Below, in pieces: positions 44,189 through 56,070 of a DNA stretch of 64,000 bases. The translations under genes were made by a program, and so were the position numbers. Below the pieces are notes generated by a model. That model was not told the origin of the DNA and made no database searches. It saw only the letters and a program-made list of their open reading frames with translations. The stretch is from Cyanidioschyzon merolae (Eukaryota), in the NCBI GenBank assembly GCA_000091205.1, contig AP006498.2; one strand, 5' to 3'. How positions within the stretch are numbered: the stretch's first letter is position 1; each line of letters begins with the position of its first letter.

Positions 44189-45760
44189 ATGCGAGCGCTG
44201 GTGCTCGAGCTCGAATGGCACGAGCAGCAGCGCGGTGTGTTTAGTGTCGACATCGCTGCAGATGGAACGATTGCGACAGGCGGCCAGGACAAGCGGGTAT
44301 CTCTCTGGCGTCTGGAGCCAGACTGGGAGCAGCTGCGTGCGCTCGCTGCCCAGCCACACGAGCCATCGAAGAAACAGCGGTACGCACTGGCGCAGGCGGC
44401 AGCTCAGTCGGTGCGTTTCCTGGACACACTGGAGGGACACGCCGCTGCCGTCTCCGTGGTACGCTTTGATCCCGTCGACTCGGGCCGACTAGTCTCAGGG
44501 GCGGACGACGGATACGCTGTCTTGTGGAAGTTCGACGCAGTGCAGGGCAAGTGGCGACTCGAAGCGACACTGCATGAGCACAACGACATGATCATGGACG
44601 TATCTTGGAGCGCGGATGGCAAGCTTCTGGCAACGGCGTCCGTCGATAATACGGTGGCTATCTGGAACACCACGGACTCGACTCGACCGCAGTTGTTGTT
44701 GTCGCTGCGCGAACATACGAATTATGTGCAGGGGGTATCCTGGGACCCGCTAGGGACCTACTTGTGCTCCATGGGCGCTGATCGCCTTCTACGGGTACAT
44801 GAGTGGTCGTCTGATCGCCGCCGGGTGATACGTTCGACAGCGGTTGGGAGCATGGTGCACAGTGATTCAACTGCGCATCCCTGCATGACCGCGGACGCCT
44901 CATGTCCGCCAAGCCATTCGGAAACGCAACAGATAACGCCTGTGCCATCCCATCCATTGGAGTCAGAACCGAGAAAACCTTCGTCCCGTCGTCTTTTTGA
45001 GAGCGAAGGGCTCATGCACTTCTTTCGGAGGCTCGCGTGGAGCCCCGACGGCAGCTTCCTCGTCTGCCCGGCGGGCATCGTCCCGGAGCCACGCGATGCT
45101 GCCCCGACTTGTTCGAGCAGAGACGCAGCGCCGCATCGGACCAAGGGCGCGCATGTGTTTGCGCGCTCGAACCTGTCGACACCGCTACTGCACCTCGGTG
45201 GACATGAAGAGTCGATTCTCGGGGCTCGCTTCTGTTCGCGGCGCTTCGCTCGTCGCCAGGATCCCACATTGGATGAGGACCTTGGTTGCTGGCGTTCGCG
45301 ATTGCCATACCGACTCGTTTTCGCCATTTACAGCGCGCGAGGTCTTTACATGTACGACTCGGAAACACCACATTCTTTTGCAGCGGTGCAAGGCCTCCAC
45401 TACGGTGCCGTGACTGACGTGGCGTGGTCCCCGGATGCATCATTTCTCCTGATGTCGTCGCTAGACGGCTTCCTCAGTCTGGTGTGGTTTGAGCGGGAAA
45501 CAGAACTTGGCAAGTTTTTTGAGGAATCGGGCGAGCTGCAGACTGGCAGCAGATCATCGCCTAGCACACCGTTGACAACTGGTTCTTGCAGCCTGGACGG
45601 GGGCCAGGGGTCCCATCGCAGCGCCGACCCAGTCATGCGATGCAACCGGGAACAGCCCATCGCCTCGACACTGGTATCGAGCGACGCCGACAGTGGCCAT
45701 GGTCGGAACACCGACCATTCGACGAAAGTCGGGGAACATGCTGTCAGCAGCACGACCTGA
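44189..45760 (+). CDS. CHAF1B: chromatin assembly factor 1 subunit B (CAF-1 p60 / CHAF1B / Cac2-like) WD40 protein
   Basis: ATG at 44189. VFSVDIAADGTIATGGQDKRVSLWRL; TASVDNTVAIWN; HTNYVQGVSWDPLGTYLCSMGADRLLRVHEW closely parallels CHAF1B ASVDNTAIIWDV / [30 protein letters not shown]. The 523 aa length fits p60 rather than HIRA. Confidence 0.8.
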   Translation: MRALVLELEWHEQQRGVFSVDIAADGTIATGGQDKRVSLWRLEPDWEQLRALAAQPHEPSKKQRYALAQAAAQSVRFLDTLEGHAAAVSVVRFDPVDSGRLVSGADDGYAVLWKFDAVQGKWRLEATLHEHNDMIMDVSWSADGKLLATASVDNTVAIWNTTDSTRPQLLLSLREHTNYVQGVSWDPLGTYLCSMGADRLLRVHEWSSDRRRVIRSTAVGSMVHSDSTAHPCMTADASCPPSHSETQQITPVPSHPLESEPRKPSSRRLFESEGLMHFFRRLAWSPDGSFLVCPAGIVPEPRDAAPTCSSRDAAPHRTKGAHVFARSNLSTPLLHLGGHEESILGARFCSRRFARRQDPTLDEDLGCWRSRLPYRLVFAIYSARGLYMYDSETPHSFAAVQGLHYGAVTDVAWSPDASFLLMSSLDGFLSLVWFERETELGKFFEESGELQTGSRSSPSTPLTTGSCSLDGGQGSHRSADPVMRCNREQPIASTLVSSDADSGHGRNTDHSTKVGEHAVSSTT

Positions 45761-47787
45761 AGCGCATATTTCGTGCCCGTACGTACACCGTGCACGTTTT
45801 TTGCCGCTGGATGCACAGCACTGGGCACGTACATGCGCCGACGCTGTCGTGGCGTCTGTTTTGGGCTAGGCGGTGGCGCCTTCCAGCTGTCACGGCACGC
45901 TGTACACAATCCCGCAGGCAGATACAGCGTGCTGCGTACGACCGCTTGACACCGGCACCATAACCAGCAGCAACAGCAGCAGCAGTAGTAGTACCAAAAT
46001 GTGCGACGGCGAGCATGCGCGGATAGAGCCATTCACGCAAAGACCGGGTGCTGCGCATCCCTTCGCCAAGCAAGCTGCCCGGGAAATCGTGCTCAAATTG
46101 GGATTCCCGGATCCTCAGGACCTGAACTGCTGCGTGTTCGTGTTATGCAAGAACAGCATGATTGAACGGTGCGTCACATCGTCGAAGTGCAAATGCCAGC
46201 GTCTGCGTCGAGTACAACTGCAGCGCATATCGTCGATGCAGAAGCACGGGAATCAGCGCACAGTACCCGGAGTGTGCCACTCTGAAATGACCATTCGAGG
46301 GCCGCCTCGCTATGGTGTTTTCTACCGACGCATGGGACAAGCGAGGAGAGGTTCACACCGATGCCGCGCTCGCAGTAGCTCTCGGGATTGCAGGCACTTG
46401 CTCCCGCAACGATGCGATGATGACTGCCCCGGAAGTACGCGCCTTGTCACTTTCATCGCTGTGCCAGGGCTGCGTCCGACGACCGATACTGGAACCCCGA
46501 GCAAATCCGCTGCAGAACTTTTTGCCTCGAGCACGACATGGACGACCGGGGTTCTCCATTATGCGCCTCTGCTCGCATCGGGTGACAGACGCTTCACGGA
46601 ACCTATAGGATCTGGTGCGCCATGAAGGCTGCTTACCCAGATGCTGATAGCAACTGCACTCTTGCTGATCCCCAGTTCGTTTCAACGATCTTGCCCCGTG
46701 GAATAAACCGGACTCCATGTCACTGGTGTCTTGAATGCGATGGCGGAGTCGCTTGCAAGGCGGGTTCCGTATCCGGGTTCCCGATTTCTGGAACGTTCAC
46801 TGCATTGAGAGAGAACGCCTGCCGCTTCGGAACACGCTGATAGAGTCCGCGTCTCTGACTGGTGGTCGAAGCCTGTCGAGCACCACGCAGCTCCAATACG
46901 CATCCACAGCATAACGGAGATAATTCGCACTTCTGATGCAGCGTAGGCCGATCTCGCGGCTACGCTGCATTCCCCAGGCCCATAAGCGACAATCTATGGA
47001 GTAAGCAATTCGTTGGTATCAACCAGGGACTAGCGCTGCCAGTTCCACAGCAATTTTCAACCCATTCCTCCGGAGGCGCAAGCGGCATCCAGTGCGTGCG
47101 TTCAGGAGTATCTGCGGACTCCCGCCCGGCTGCCTCGTCATCTCTTACCGAAATCCAGACCTCGAATGCGCCCTAGTATCGTCAGCAAGCGTTCCTGCGG
47201 CCCTAATGCCAATCCCTGATATGTCTGATGTGGATGTTCCCCGGAAACTCCCACAGAGATACGGTAATCACTTGTCTGGTTTCCGCCTAGAGTCGCGTAT
47301 CCAGCAGATACTCGGTAGGCAGCTCGGTCTCTCAACATCGGAGACTTGATCAATGTGCGCTCACTACCATTCATTATGGGGAAAGTGTCAGCTCCAATGC
47401 AGCAAGTATCCACGTGTCACTGAAAACTGCCTCTCGTTCCCTCGTCTGTAGACGCTTTCATGCCTTGTTCTCCAAACCGACTGGAGCAACGAATCCAACG
47501 CGAGTCGAGCGTCTTCGTGAACGTGGCAGAGTCACGGAACGAGTACGGGCGTCCGTAATCGACACGCAGCAACTGAGCGATTTTTCATTTGACAAAACGA
47601 TTTCATAGACCGGCGTTCCTCGAGTGGGCGCTGACAACAGGGCGCTGCCGCCGAAGATGGCGCGCATCGCTCGTGACACGCGGAGCGTGACATCCGTGAG
47701 CCATGCCTGCGCCTGCACGCGTTCGTGCGTACGCCCACCAGCAGCAGCAGCAGCGCTGTTTCGAACCTCAACCCTACCGTCGGAAGG

Positions 47788-48036
47788 ATGCTTCGACTCC
47801 CGTCAAACCTGAAAAATGCAAAGGTTGTTGACTTAGTGGAGCGTGCGCGGGTCCAACTGGAGCAATTGGTACCGACGAGAGAACGGCTGGGAGCGCTGTC
47901 AGAGTGGTACTACCGCAAGTACTTCCTTCCGGGGAAGGCTACGCCCCTGGTGCACATTATGATTGTGGTTGGAACCATCGGATATTTGATTGAATACCCA
48001 CACCTTCGAAAGGAGCTTGAGCACGCGAACCACTGA
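47788..48036 (+). CDS. small hypothetical protein with a C-terminal hydrophobic segment (possibly a mitochondrial membrane subunit)
   Basis: First ATG at 47788 gives MLRLPSNLKNAKVVDLVERARVQLEQLVPTRERLGALSEWYYRKYFLPGKATPLVHIMIVVGTIGYLIEYPHLRKELEHANH. It looks like a real small protein, but no family can be assigned. Confidence 0.25.
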   Translation: MLRLPSNLKNAKVVDLVERARVQLEQLVPTRERLGALSEWYYRKYFLPGKATPLVHIMIVVGTIGYLIEYPHLRKELEHANH

Positions 48037-49248
48037 GCATGCAAGATCGCTTGTGCAGGAGGCACGACGAGCCGCGCATGCGCACCAAACGAGGACGCTG
48101 ACCGAGACACGCACCGTTTCCGCGGGAGGTGGTGCTGCCCGCTGTACCAAGCTTGGAACGATTCCGATACCAGAGGGTCGTACGCTCTTTCAATTGAGGT
48201 ATCGTGTAGCGATCGCTTGTTGATAGACGCGCGGTTGTGTGGTCGAAAGGCCGGCTGGCTCGGGCGCCCCGAGCACCAAGCGCGCAACGCATCCTGTTGG
48301 CGGCGCCTGTTCTATGAACGAGCGTCGTTCGACTTTACGAAATAAACTGTGGAAAGTGACACGCTATCGACTCTGATCCTGAGCAAGCATAAGATACCAG
48401 AAACTAGAGGCACCCGTAGGCGTGTCGAGGCTCCTGTTCTGTGCACAGCGCAGCGAGTGCACGGACCGGGCGCGTCGCAGGCCTCGGCAGGTCGTGGTGA
48501 CCCTCAGTACGCCGCATGCTGTGCGGTGATGTGCTGGGTACGTACCGCCGTCGCTGCCGTTTTCACAATAGGGCAGAGCGTAGCCACTGGTGACATATCC
48601 ATCCGATTGCAAATGGCACTGTATGCGCTCAGCCGCAAGTCCCTGTGCCTGGTCGTGCGACAGCCGCATGTCCGCTGCTGCATCGATGGCAGGCACACGC
48701 CTGCCATCGATACCTCTTCAATGCATACGACCCGCAAAGCGTATGCGCGCCGAGTCCGTCCGGTGCGGCGCATCGCCGGAATCGAGTGCAATGCCGCTAC
48801 GTTCCAGCGGCAACGTGCCGGTCACCAGAGCCGCTGCTGATCGCGTGAGCTCCAAAAACAACTTCGAAACGATTCCGTGACTCTGGCACCGGATGCGGTG
48901 CAGTGCATGGAAACGCCCACTCGTCGTCTAACAGACAGTTCTAATGCTGTTGCATGCATCACCAGCGGCCGTCTGTGGCCACTAGCGGTCTCGAACGCGC
49001 GCAGGCTGTCGGCGAGTTCGGCCCGGCAGTACAACGCCTCGCCAAATCCCATATCAGATGACGCGACGCTACGGTCGCTCAAGGTTTGTATTCGACGGTA
49101 CGGAGCGGTGTCCCCGAGCCCGCCTCTTTTGCGCGCTGCTGGTTACGAAAGCGACACTGTACGTACGCCTGCAGCACCGCACCATAATCTCGGTGCTATT
49201 GCGACAGCAAAGCAGCCCCGGGGGTCAGAGTTGCCTTTCGCGAAGCGA

Positions 49249-49333
49249 CACACACACATGCATGCATGCATGCATGCGGCACGCATTCCGGCACACGCAG
49301 ACGCACGCACGCGATCGATCGCGATCGATCTCG
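49249..49333. repeat. simple repeats (CA)n/(CATG)n/(GCAC)n/(CGAT)n
   Basis: acacacacatgcatgcatgcatgcatgcggcacgc...acgcacgcacgcgatcgatcgcgatcgatc. Confidence 0.5.
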
Positions 49334-49459
49334 TGCGTGCCCTGTGCGTCTCTGCGCTGGCGGAATCGTCTGCGCCGATTTCGGTACCATGCGCGCATCT
49401 GAGTCCAGTTGACGTAGACGCTTCGTTGAGCGGGCAAGCACAACCGCCACCGTCGAGCC

Positions 49460-50242
49460 ATGCGTTCCATTTTACGCACTTTTCGAAAAACCAGTGTTTT
49501 CTGGAGGCAGTTCTGGGCGTTCGACTGTGAGAAAGCGCTGAACGCTTCGTATGGGACCTGGATGCAGTCGCAAGCTCGGTTGCTGCCGACGCTAGTGCCG
49601 GTGCGCCGTCGCTTTGCGTCAAGCAGCTGGGGCCAACAAGGTTCCGAGACAAGCTCAGCAACCAACAGCGCTGGTAGCGATAGCGCGGCTTCTGTCGCGT
49701 CACAAACGAAACGCGACTTTCGGCCGCGCACTATTCTTCGCTCGCAGACTCCCGTGGGCGAGCTCATCCGAGGTCGCGGCGAACGCGTCTACCAAATCGC
49801 TGCCAACGATACCATGCAGAACGCGCTGAAGAAAATGTTCATCCATAACATCGGTTGTTTGCTTGTTGTTGAGCAACCACAACAGAACGACGAGGCGTGC
49901 AAGCCGGTCGGAATCATATCCGAACGCGACCTGACGCGCTTGCTGATTAGCCGTGGTTCAAGTGGCGCCGCCTCAGCGGGCCGAACAACAGCTGACCTAC
50001 TGTTGACCGTCAAAGTGCATGAGTTCATGACAAAGGCAAATGCGCTTATCTCCGTGACACCGGATACGGACCTGGCATCGGTGCTTGAGCTGATGGCGTC
50101 GCGTCGCCTGCGACACCTGCCGGTTGTGCGCGACGGCCAAGCTATCGGCATGGTCAGTATTGGGGATGTGGTTCGTCGGCTCATTGAGGAGTCACGAGAA
50201 GAAGCCGATGCACTCAAGGAATACATAGCGGGTACGTACTGA
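49460..50242 (+). CDS. CBS-domain pair protein (CBSX-like)
   Basis: ATG at 49460. Two CBS motifs: VYQIAANDTMQNALKKMFIHNIGCLLVVEQ...VGIISERDLTR and ISVTPDTDLASVLELMASRRLRHLPVVRDGQAIGMVSIGDVVR. The N-terminal ~60 aa are presequence-like. Confidence 0.8.
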   Translation: MRSILRTFRKTSVFWRQFWAFDCEKALNASYGTWMQSQARLLPTLVPVRRRFASSSWGQQGSETSSATNSAGSDSAASVASQTKRDFRPRTILRSQTPVGELIRGRGERVYQIAANDTMQNALKKMFIHNIGCLLVVEQPQQNDEACKPVGIISERDLTRLLISRGSSGAASAGRTTADLLLTVKVHEFMTKANALISVTPDTDLASVLELMASRRLRHLPVVRDGQAIGMVSIGDVVRRLIEESREEADALKEYIAGTY

Positions 50243-50955
50243 TCGCGTAGCTGGTTGACGACGGCAGGATAGTGCTGATGCAGATCCCCGCGCAGCATCC
50301 AGACGCCGTGCTTTTCTAACGGTGCTCATGCGTGTCCACTGCGTTGCAACGTATGCACCATGCGTTATCCATCAGAACAGGTGACTATGCAAGAGAGATG
50401 CATCGGGTTTTGTTTGGCAGCTTGGGTCAGACACGCGCACGCGGGCACGTCCCAGCATGGATCCTATGGCCGCGCACGATTCGGTTGCATCCTGCAGCGG
50501 CTAACGCAGCAGCGCTTCTCGACGTCACGCAAGGCGTCGCCTGGCGGCGTATCGCCACGCGCACGATGTGATTGCATGCGACGGCTACCGCAGCTGCGAT
50601 GCGTGATGCGTGTGCATGTCACGTCCGTGCTTTGGTGGCGTTTTACGGAATCGCAGTAGGCGCTATCCTGGATGGTAAAGCAGTAGACCCGTTGCCGTGG
50701 AGCTGACGCCATGGACAACGCTCGAAGGCTAGCGCAGCATCATGTGATTACCTCAAGCGCAATTGCAGCTACAATGACGCACAGGGCGGTATCGACACCA
50801 GGCGTGTGCAACGGAACTGCACTGGGGTTGGTGGAGGTTCCGCTCCGCCCACGAGGATGCTTACTGGACGCTGGTAGTGAAGGCGGCGTTTGTCCCCAGT
50901 GGATCCCTTTACACTGTTCGAGCGCGAACAAGGCGACGCTCGGTCCGGCGGCCAT

Positions 50956-52281
50956 TCAAAGATCGCTTGTCTGCTGGCCACGGCGGTCTTGTTCGACCAG
51001 CCAGAGCTCTCTCAAAAAGGTGCACATCTCTGCATTGACGCGCTCGGGTGCATCGTCATGGGGACAATGTCCACAATCCTCAATGCAAATAAGACGCAGC
51101 TGCGTTGGTACTGGAACCCAGTTCGGGAACGCCGTACCCGGATGAAGCCCTCGATCGAAGGGAGTCCATGGATCGTCGCGGCCCCAGAGCACCAGCACTT
51201 GCTTCTCCGGCGATAGCTGTTGGAGGAGCTCTCGCGGCGTCGGGCCCGCGTCTCCGCGCAGGACGGCGGCGAAGACGTCACGAGCACCATCGTCATGTGC
51301 GGGCGCTCGCAGAATCTCTATGAGCTCTTCGGTGATGGCCTCGGCGTTTCGATAAATCTGGCGCAACGTCTGTCGTAAGGAAGCTGGTCTGCGAATACGC
51401 TCGAAGAGCCAGTAAACAAGCGGTGAACGGAAGAAAATGGTCGTGAAGAGCCACCACAAAGCCGCACCAATCGGCGATAGCTCGGAAAATCGAATACCCG
51501 TGAGACCGCCCGCGCAGTTCAAAAGCACGAGTCCAGCGAGGCGATCGCGCTGGCGCTCCTCTTTCGGGTAATGCTTCATCGTATCGATCGGGTTATCGGC
51601 GGCAACAATGGACGACGTGGTGACTTGGCGATGCTGAAGCATCACCCCGGTCATGAGCGCAATGAGACCGCCGATGCTATTGCCACAGATGACCCAGCGA
51701 TGGGGTGAATCATCATAGCGCCGATCCATTTCCCGAATAAAGTCGAGACAGAGGTCACGCCACAGCTCCAGTGAATATCCCTTGCAGGTCGCATCGACAT
51801 GCTCCGGCTCGTTCCTTCCATCGGACTTTAGGCTGGGCTTTTCGCTTGCCCCAAAGCCAAGCAGATCGAGAGCGAAGACTCGGTGACCCTCCTGCGCGAG
51901 CACCGGCTGATTTTTTCGAAAGTGCAACAGGTTTGCGCCGAACCCGTGGATCAATAAGACGTGAAACCGCGGCGCTTGCCCGTTATTAGCTTCTTCAACA
52001 CGGTAGTTGATGCGATACGTTTCTCTTGTCGGAGCGTAGGTCCACCAGAACGTTTCGTAGTGCCGTTGAACGCGGACAGCACCGTCGCCGGAAGCCGCCG
52101 CCGTCGTCGAGCACGCTGGGCTTGGGTCCTTGGTTCGCGACGGCTCCTGGGCCAGCGTCTGGACCAGTCTTCGGGTTAACGATGGGGAATTCGATCGACG
52201 ACGCCAGCGCACTTCAGAAGCCAGTCCAGAGTCGTCGCTCGGGGGCCTCACGCTGTGTGGCGCAAGCGCGTGCCGCGTCAC
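50956..52281 (-). CDS. alpha/beta hydrolase fold protein (esterase/lipase/ABHD-like)
   Basis: HGFGANLLHFRKN...LDLLGFGASEKP, nucleophile elbow ICGNSIGGLIA (GxSxG), C-terminal catalytic His in IEDCGHCPHDDAPE. The listed start is GTG and no ATG precedes the core, so the N-terminus is uncertain. Confidence 0.85.
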   Translation of the reverse strand: MTRHALAPHSVRPPSDDSGLASEVRWRRRSNSPSLTRRLVQTLAQEPSRTKDPSPACSTTAAASGDGAVRVQRHYETFWWTYAPTRETYRINYRVEEANNGQAPRFHVLLIHGFGANLLHFRKNQPVLAQEGHRVFALDLLGFGASEKPSLKSDGRNEPEHVDATCKGYSLELWRDLCLDFIREMDRRYDDSPHRWVICGNSIGGLIALMTGVMLQHRQVTTSSIVAADNPIDTMKHYPKEERQRDRLAGLVLLNCAGGLTGIRFSELSPIGAALWWLFTTIFFRSPLVYWLFERIRRPASLRQTLRQIYRNAEAITEELIEILRAPAHDDGARDVFAAVLRGDAGPTPRELLQQLSPEKQVLVLWGRDDPWTPFDRGLHPGTAFPNWVPVPTQLRLICIEDCGHCPHDDAPERVNAEMCTFLRELWLVEQDRRGQQTSDL

Positions 52282-53699
52282 TGGCGCAGAACACCGGGCT
52301 GGTGCCGGGGCTGGTGCGGTGCGCCCCAGTGCGCGATGACCGCCCCCAGCAGGGCATTAGCCCAATAAACCCAGGTTCACGTCGCTGCATACGAGACATG
52401 TACTGAATCGAAAAGCCTCCCTAGACTTTTCCCGTAGACCAGTAGCGTCTGCTGCGAGCACGTTGCAGGTAACGGTGTCTGAGCGGGTCAGGTCTGGAGA
52501 GATAACGAGCTTCTGATTGGCAAACGAACACGCGCCATGCCGCGCGCAAAGCCCTGGGCATCTAATCGAGACGAGGGTGTTTTCCAGAATATGTCCAATA
52601 AGATCCCACTTTACTTTCCATGGACAGAACGTAGCTCCTGACGAGGGATTCTCGTGCCTGGCAGCGGCCGACGTCTCCTTTCAATCGACAGAGCATTCGT
52701 ACAGACCAGGAGTGCGTGCAGTTGCACGATGAGGATCGGCATCAGCGATAGCGTTCCACCAGACACCATCCATACTTGCGCTTGGAGAAACTGGTCGATG
52801 CGTATGATGCGCTGAGCGCCGTGCATGCTGTGAGTATGTAGAGCGCCAGTGCGCGCGCAGTATGGAGGCGGAACCGCCTCGCCGTGCCACCGAATGCATC
52901 GGCTCGGAGATCCCGATATCAGTGGGTTCAGAGTGCAACCATGCGCACTGGACTTGATGGCAGTCGTGCGATACCCGTGTCAGCATAAGGAGGAACATTG
53001 AACTGCTCGAGATATTGCTGCTTTTCGTTTTTTCTTCAATTTTTTAGGATGCATCGCCTCGGCATTCGGGGTGCAGCCTTAAGGCGTTGTGCATTCAAAC
53101 GTAGGTTGAGGAATCTTGGTCGTTTTCTCGGAATGACGCATTGGAGTCAATGCCGATGGACATGATTACGTTACCGAAATCAACTTGATTCGCGACGCTC
53201 TCGACCGATCGTCCCTAAAATAACCGAGAACACTATCCAGTACACAGGAGCGAGCCTCCGCGATTCTCGATTCCTGATGCATAGCTAGTTCAAACGACCC
53301 GTACTTCAAGTTTTCGATATTTCTGTTTCATGGGAATTTGTGAGCACAGAGCTTTGCGTCGGCGGAACGGCTGGGGGAAAATATTCGACGTCTTTGCTTC
53401 ACGACGCGTTCACGAGCTCACGCCGAACGTTCACTGGACGCGTCACCTCAAATAATCGATGCCGTTCGAGAGACAAATCATGCTCGGTTTGCGGCCGGCG
53501 AAGATACTGCATTCGACAGCGGCATGATACCGCTCTCTAAGTATGTCACTTGTGCTTCCCTGTGTCTCTTCTTTTGTTGATGGAATAGGGTTTTGGACTC
53601 GGACTTGGGTAGTTGCAGCGATCGCTCCTAATGGAGCGTGCGTCGCCACGCTGGACAAGACGCGCGTGACTGCATCGGAATTTCTAGACTTTTGCAGAT

Positions 53700-53840
53700 G
53701 CCTGGATTTTGCTTCCGATACATATTCAATCATGGACAGCATCGCATTCCACGAATCCTGCATCGAATGGAACAGCGTGCGCTTGCGCGTCCAGCGGTCA
53801 GCGTCTTCGCCGACGGGATCGCGGAGAAGATGCCCTTAAT
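53700..53840 (+). pseudogene. degenerate DDE transposase remnant (same family as 9300..9441)
   Basis: ASEFLDFCRCLDFASDTYSIMDSIAFHESCIEWNSVRLRVQRSASSPTGSRRR aligns with GLEFHDLASSLEFPSSACIIMDNIASNKSSVKWNIVLLRVQRTAYSPRAPPRR. Confidence 0.4.
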
Positions 53841-54558
53841 CCCCGGGTACGGGTACGGGTGCGGAAGCGGAGCAAGTCTTCAACTGGAGCTGTGTGTATC
53901 CGTCTAGTCTGCGTTCCAGGCGATGAAGCAAGCGTTCAAGCGCCACAGAATGGCGCGCGCTGAGATACAGGTATGATGGACAAACGGGAGCACCTGCGTA
54001 TATTTCATGGACACCGCTGCAATGAGCGCACCAAAGCTCTCTACAAAGAACATGAAAACGGCAAGCAAAATGCAGATCGCTAGTTCCGCTCATGGAAGAA
54101 CTTCGTTTATGACTGTTGAAAGCAGTAAAGTCGGAACTCTGTTGCCGCCATCATCATCCGTCGAGTGCCGACGCTGCAGCTGGAGGGACGACAGTGATCC
54201 GCGACTTTCAAGCCAAATACAAGCGGAAGCGAACGGGAACAGTTGCAGCAACATCCCGTCAAGGCTGCTGCTCATGGCTCTGGGACGAGATCCGACCATC
54301 ATGGGTCTGAAAACCCGTGTGACCGAAGTGCACCCGTCCCATGTTTCGAACATGGCTGCCGTGCAACACTGCTGTTTGGGAGCGCAGTGTCTGCTTTTTT
54401 TGGTTAATGGCAGCAAGCGCACATTCGCGATAAACCATGCTGGGCTCGTTCATCAGACATCATACAGAATATTCGCCACTATCCGTTTGCGGAGGATTCG
54501 CCAGGATCGCAGAACTGCGGTTCATTGATGCCGACCGAGTCGTCTCTATACAAATCGC

Positions 54559-54836
54559 GGCATTCTAAAATGCTCTTTGTCGAGTATAGCTCCATTTCAG
54601 GATTTCATTCGTATGCTGGATCATGACGGCATCCTAGCATGCTCTTTGTCGAGTATAGCTCCATTTCAGGATTTCATTCGTATGCTGGATCATGGCGGCA
54701 TTCTAGCATGCTCTTTGCCGAGTATAGCTCCGTTTCAAGGTTACAGCAGTTTGCTGGATCATGACGGCATTCTAGCATGCTCTTTGCCGAGTACAGCTCC
54801 GTTTCAGGATTTCATTAGTCTGCTGGATCATCGTCC
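54559..54836. repeat. tandem repeat, 69 bp unit x4
   Basis: ggcattctaaaatgctctttgtcgagtatagctccatttcaggatttcattcgtatgctggatcatgac repeated four times with increasing divergence. Confidence 0.75.
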
Positions 54837-56070
54837 GGATATATCATTCGGTCGTCAGCGTATTCCGCGGCTCCGTTCCGACTAGAGCAAGTGTGTGTCG
54901 CTGCGCTAGCGCAGCTTCTGCGCCGCACTCGTTGGCCCCCTTTTTCCTCATGCGCTTCCGAAAATCACTCATTGAGACGCTCAGAGAGTTTCAGTAGGAT
55001 CTTTGCGCATTCGGGCTCAAAATGCCTCACTACTAGCCACTGCTCGCTTGCGATTCCCTCTACCGTCCGATGCTGGTGGCAGCGCCTTGCACCACGGGAG
55101 TACCCGCAGTCCGTCGTCGTTTGCGCCAACGGTGCACGTTTCATACTGAGACCCACTTTCGACGCGCTCGGAGAAGCAGGACGACGATGTCTGCGTTCAA
55201 GCCGAGCAACCACAGCTCTGCGCTAATGCCGAGAGCCGGGCCGGACGCCGCAGCATGCGGAACGACACCATGCTGCGTCGCGCAGCGGCAGCACGAGTGT
55301 AAGAGCCAGCAGACACCGGTCAGGGACCTCGAGATATGCCTCCAAAGTGGCTACCAGGACCCGCTTCGGGAAATATGACTCCGTATGCGGCCGGAGCTGC
55401 AGCATGGGAGAACCGTAGCCAAATGACCGAACGATCGCTCGCTGTTTACAGGGGAAATTTGTTCGGAAGCCAACGAAGCAAACACGAGGTTTCAAATGAA
55501 AGGCGAACAAGCAATTGAAAAAGAAAACAGGTTACCGACTCCTTCCGCTGCCTTAGTCAACATGCCTGCACTTTGGAGCAGAAAACTGCAGATGATTCGG
55601 TGAAGCAGCGAGCGGCAACGTCGTCTCTACTCGCCCCGCGTATTCGACGTCGGCAGTGGCTACGGTTCGGATCCGTTCGGATTCAAACCGGCATCCATCA
55701 GCCGTTTACCTCCACGCTGCCGCATAGCGGACGACAAGCGCACTTTCGAGCATGCAGCTATTCACTGGCGCGCTGCGCTCACGGGCATCGGCGTGAAACG
55801 CATGCGGTGGCATCCATCGGCCACGAAGACGCGTACCTAAACCTCGCAGCAACTGGGATATGGGGCCGACAAGACGTTCCCTCACATGACTCCTTCGACT
55901 CGCAATGCAGAAACTTCACGCTGGGCTGGAGCAGGCCTCCAAAGCATGCCTCACATGGCGCTTGCAGAGCGGGATGCATACGCTGCTGTTTCCGCTACCT
56001 GGCTCGCTTAACGCATTCACTTGGCCGCAACATCCCTGAAAGCCGAATGCGGCGCCATGACGTGCATGCG

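Noticed and set aside
45873-46625. 250 aa ORF downstream of CAF-1 p60
   Set aside because: Begins with non-ATG, has Cys/Arg-rich odd composition and no motifs. Likely a spurious open frame in the 3' flank.
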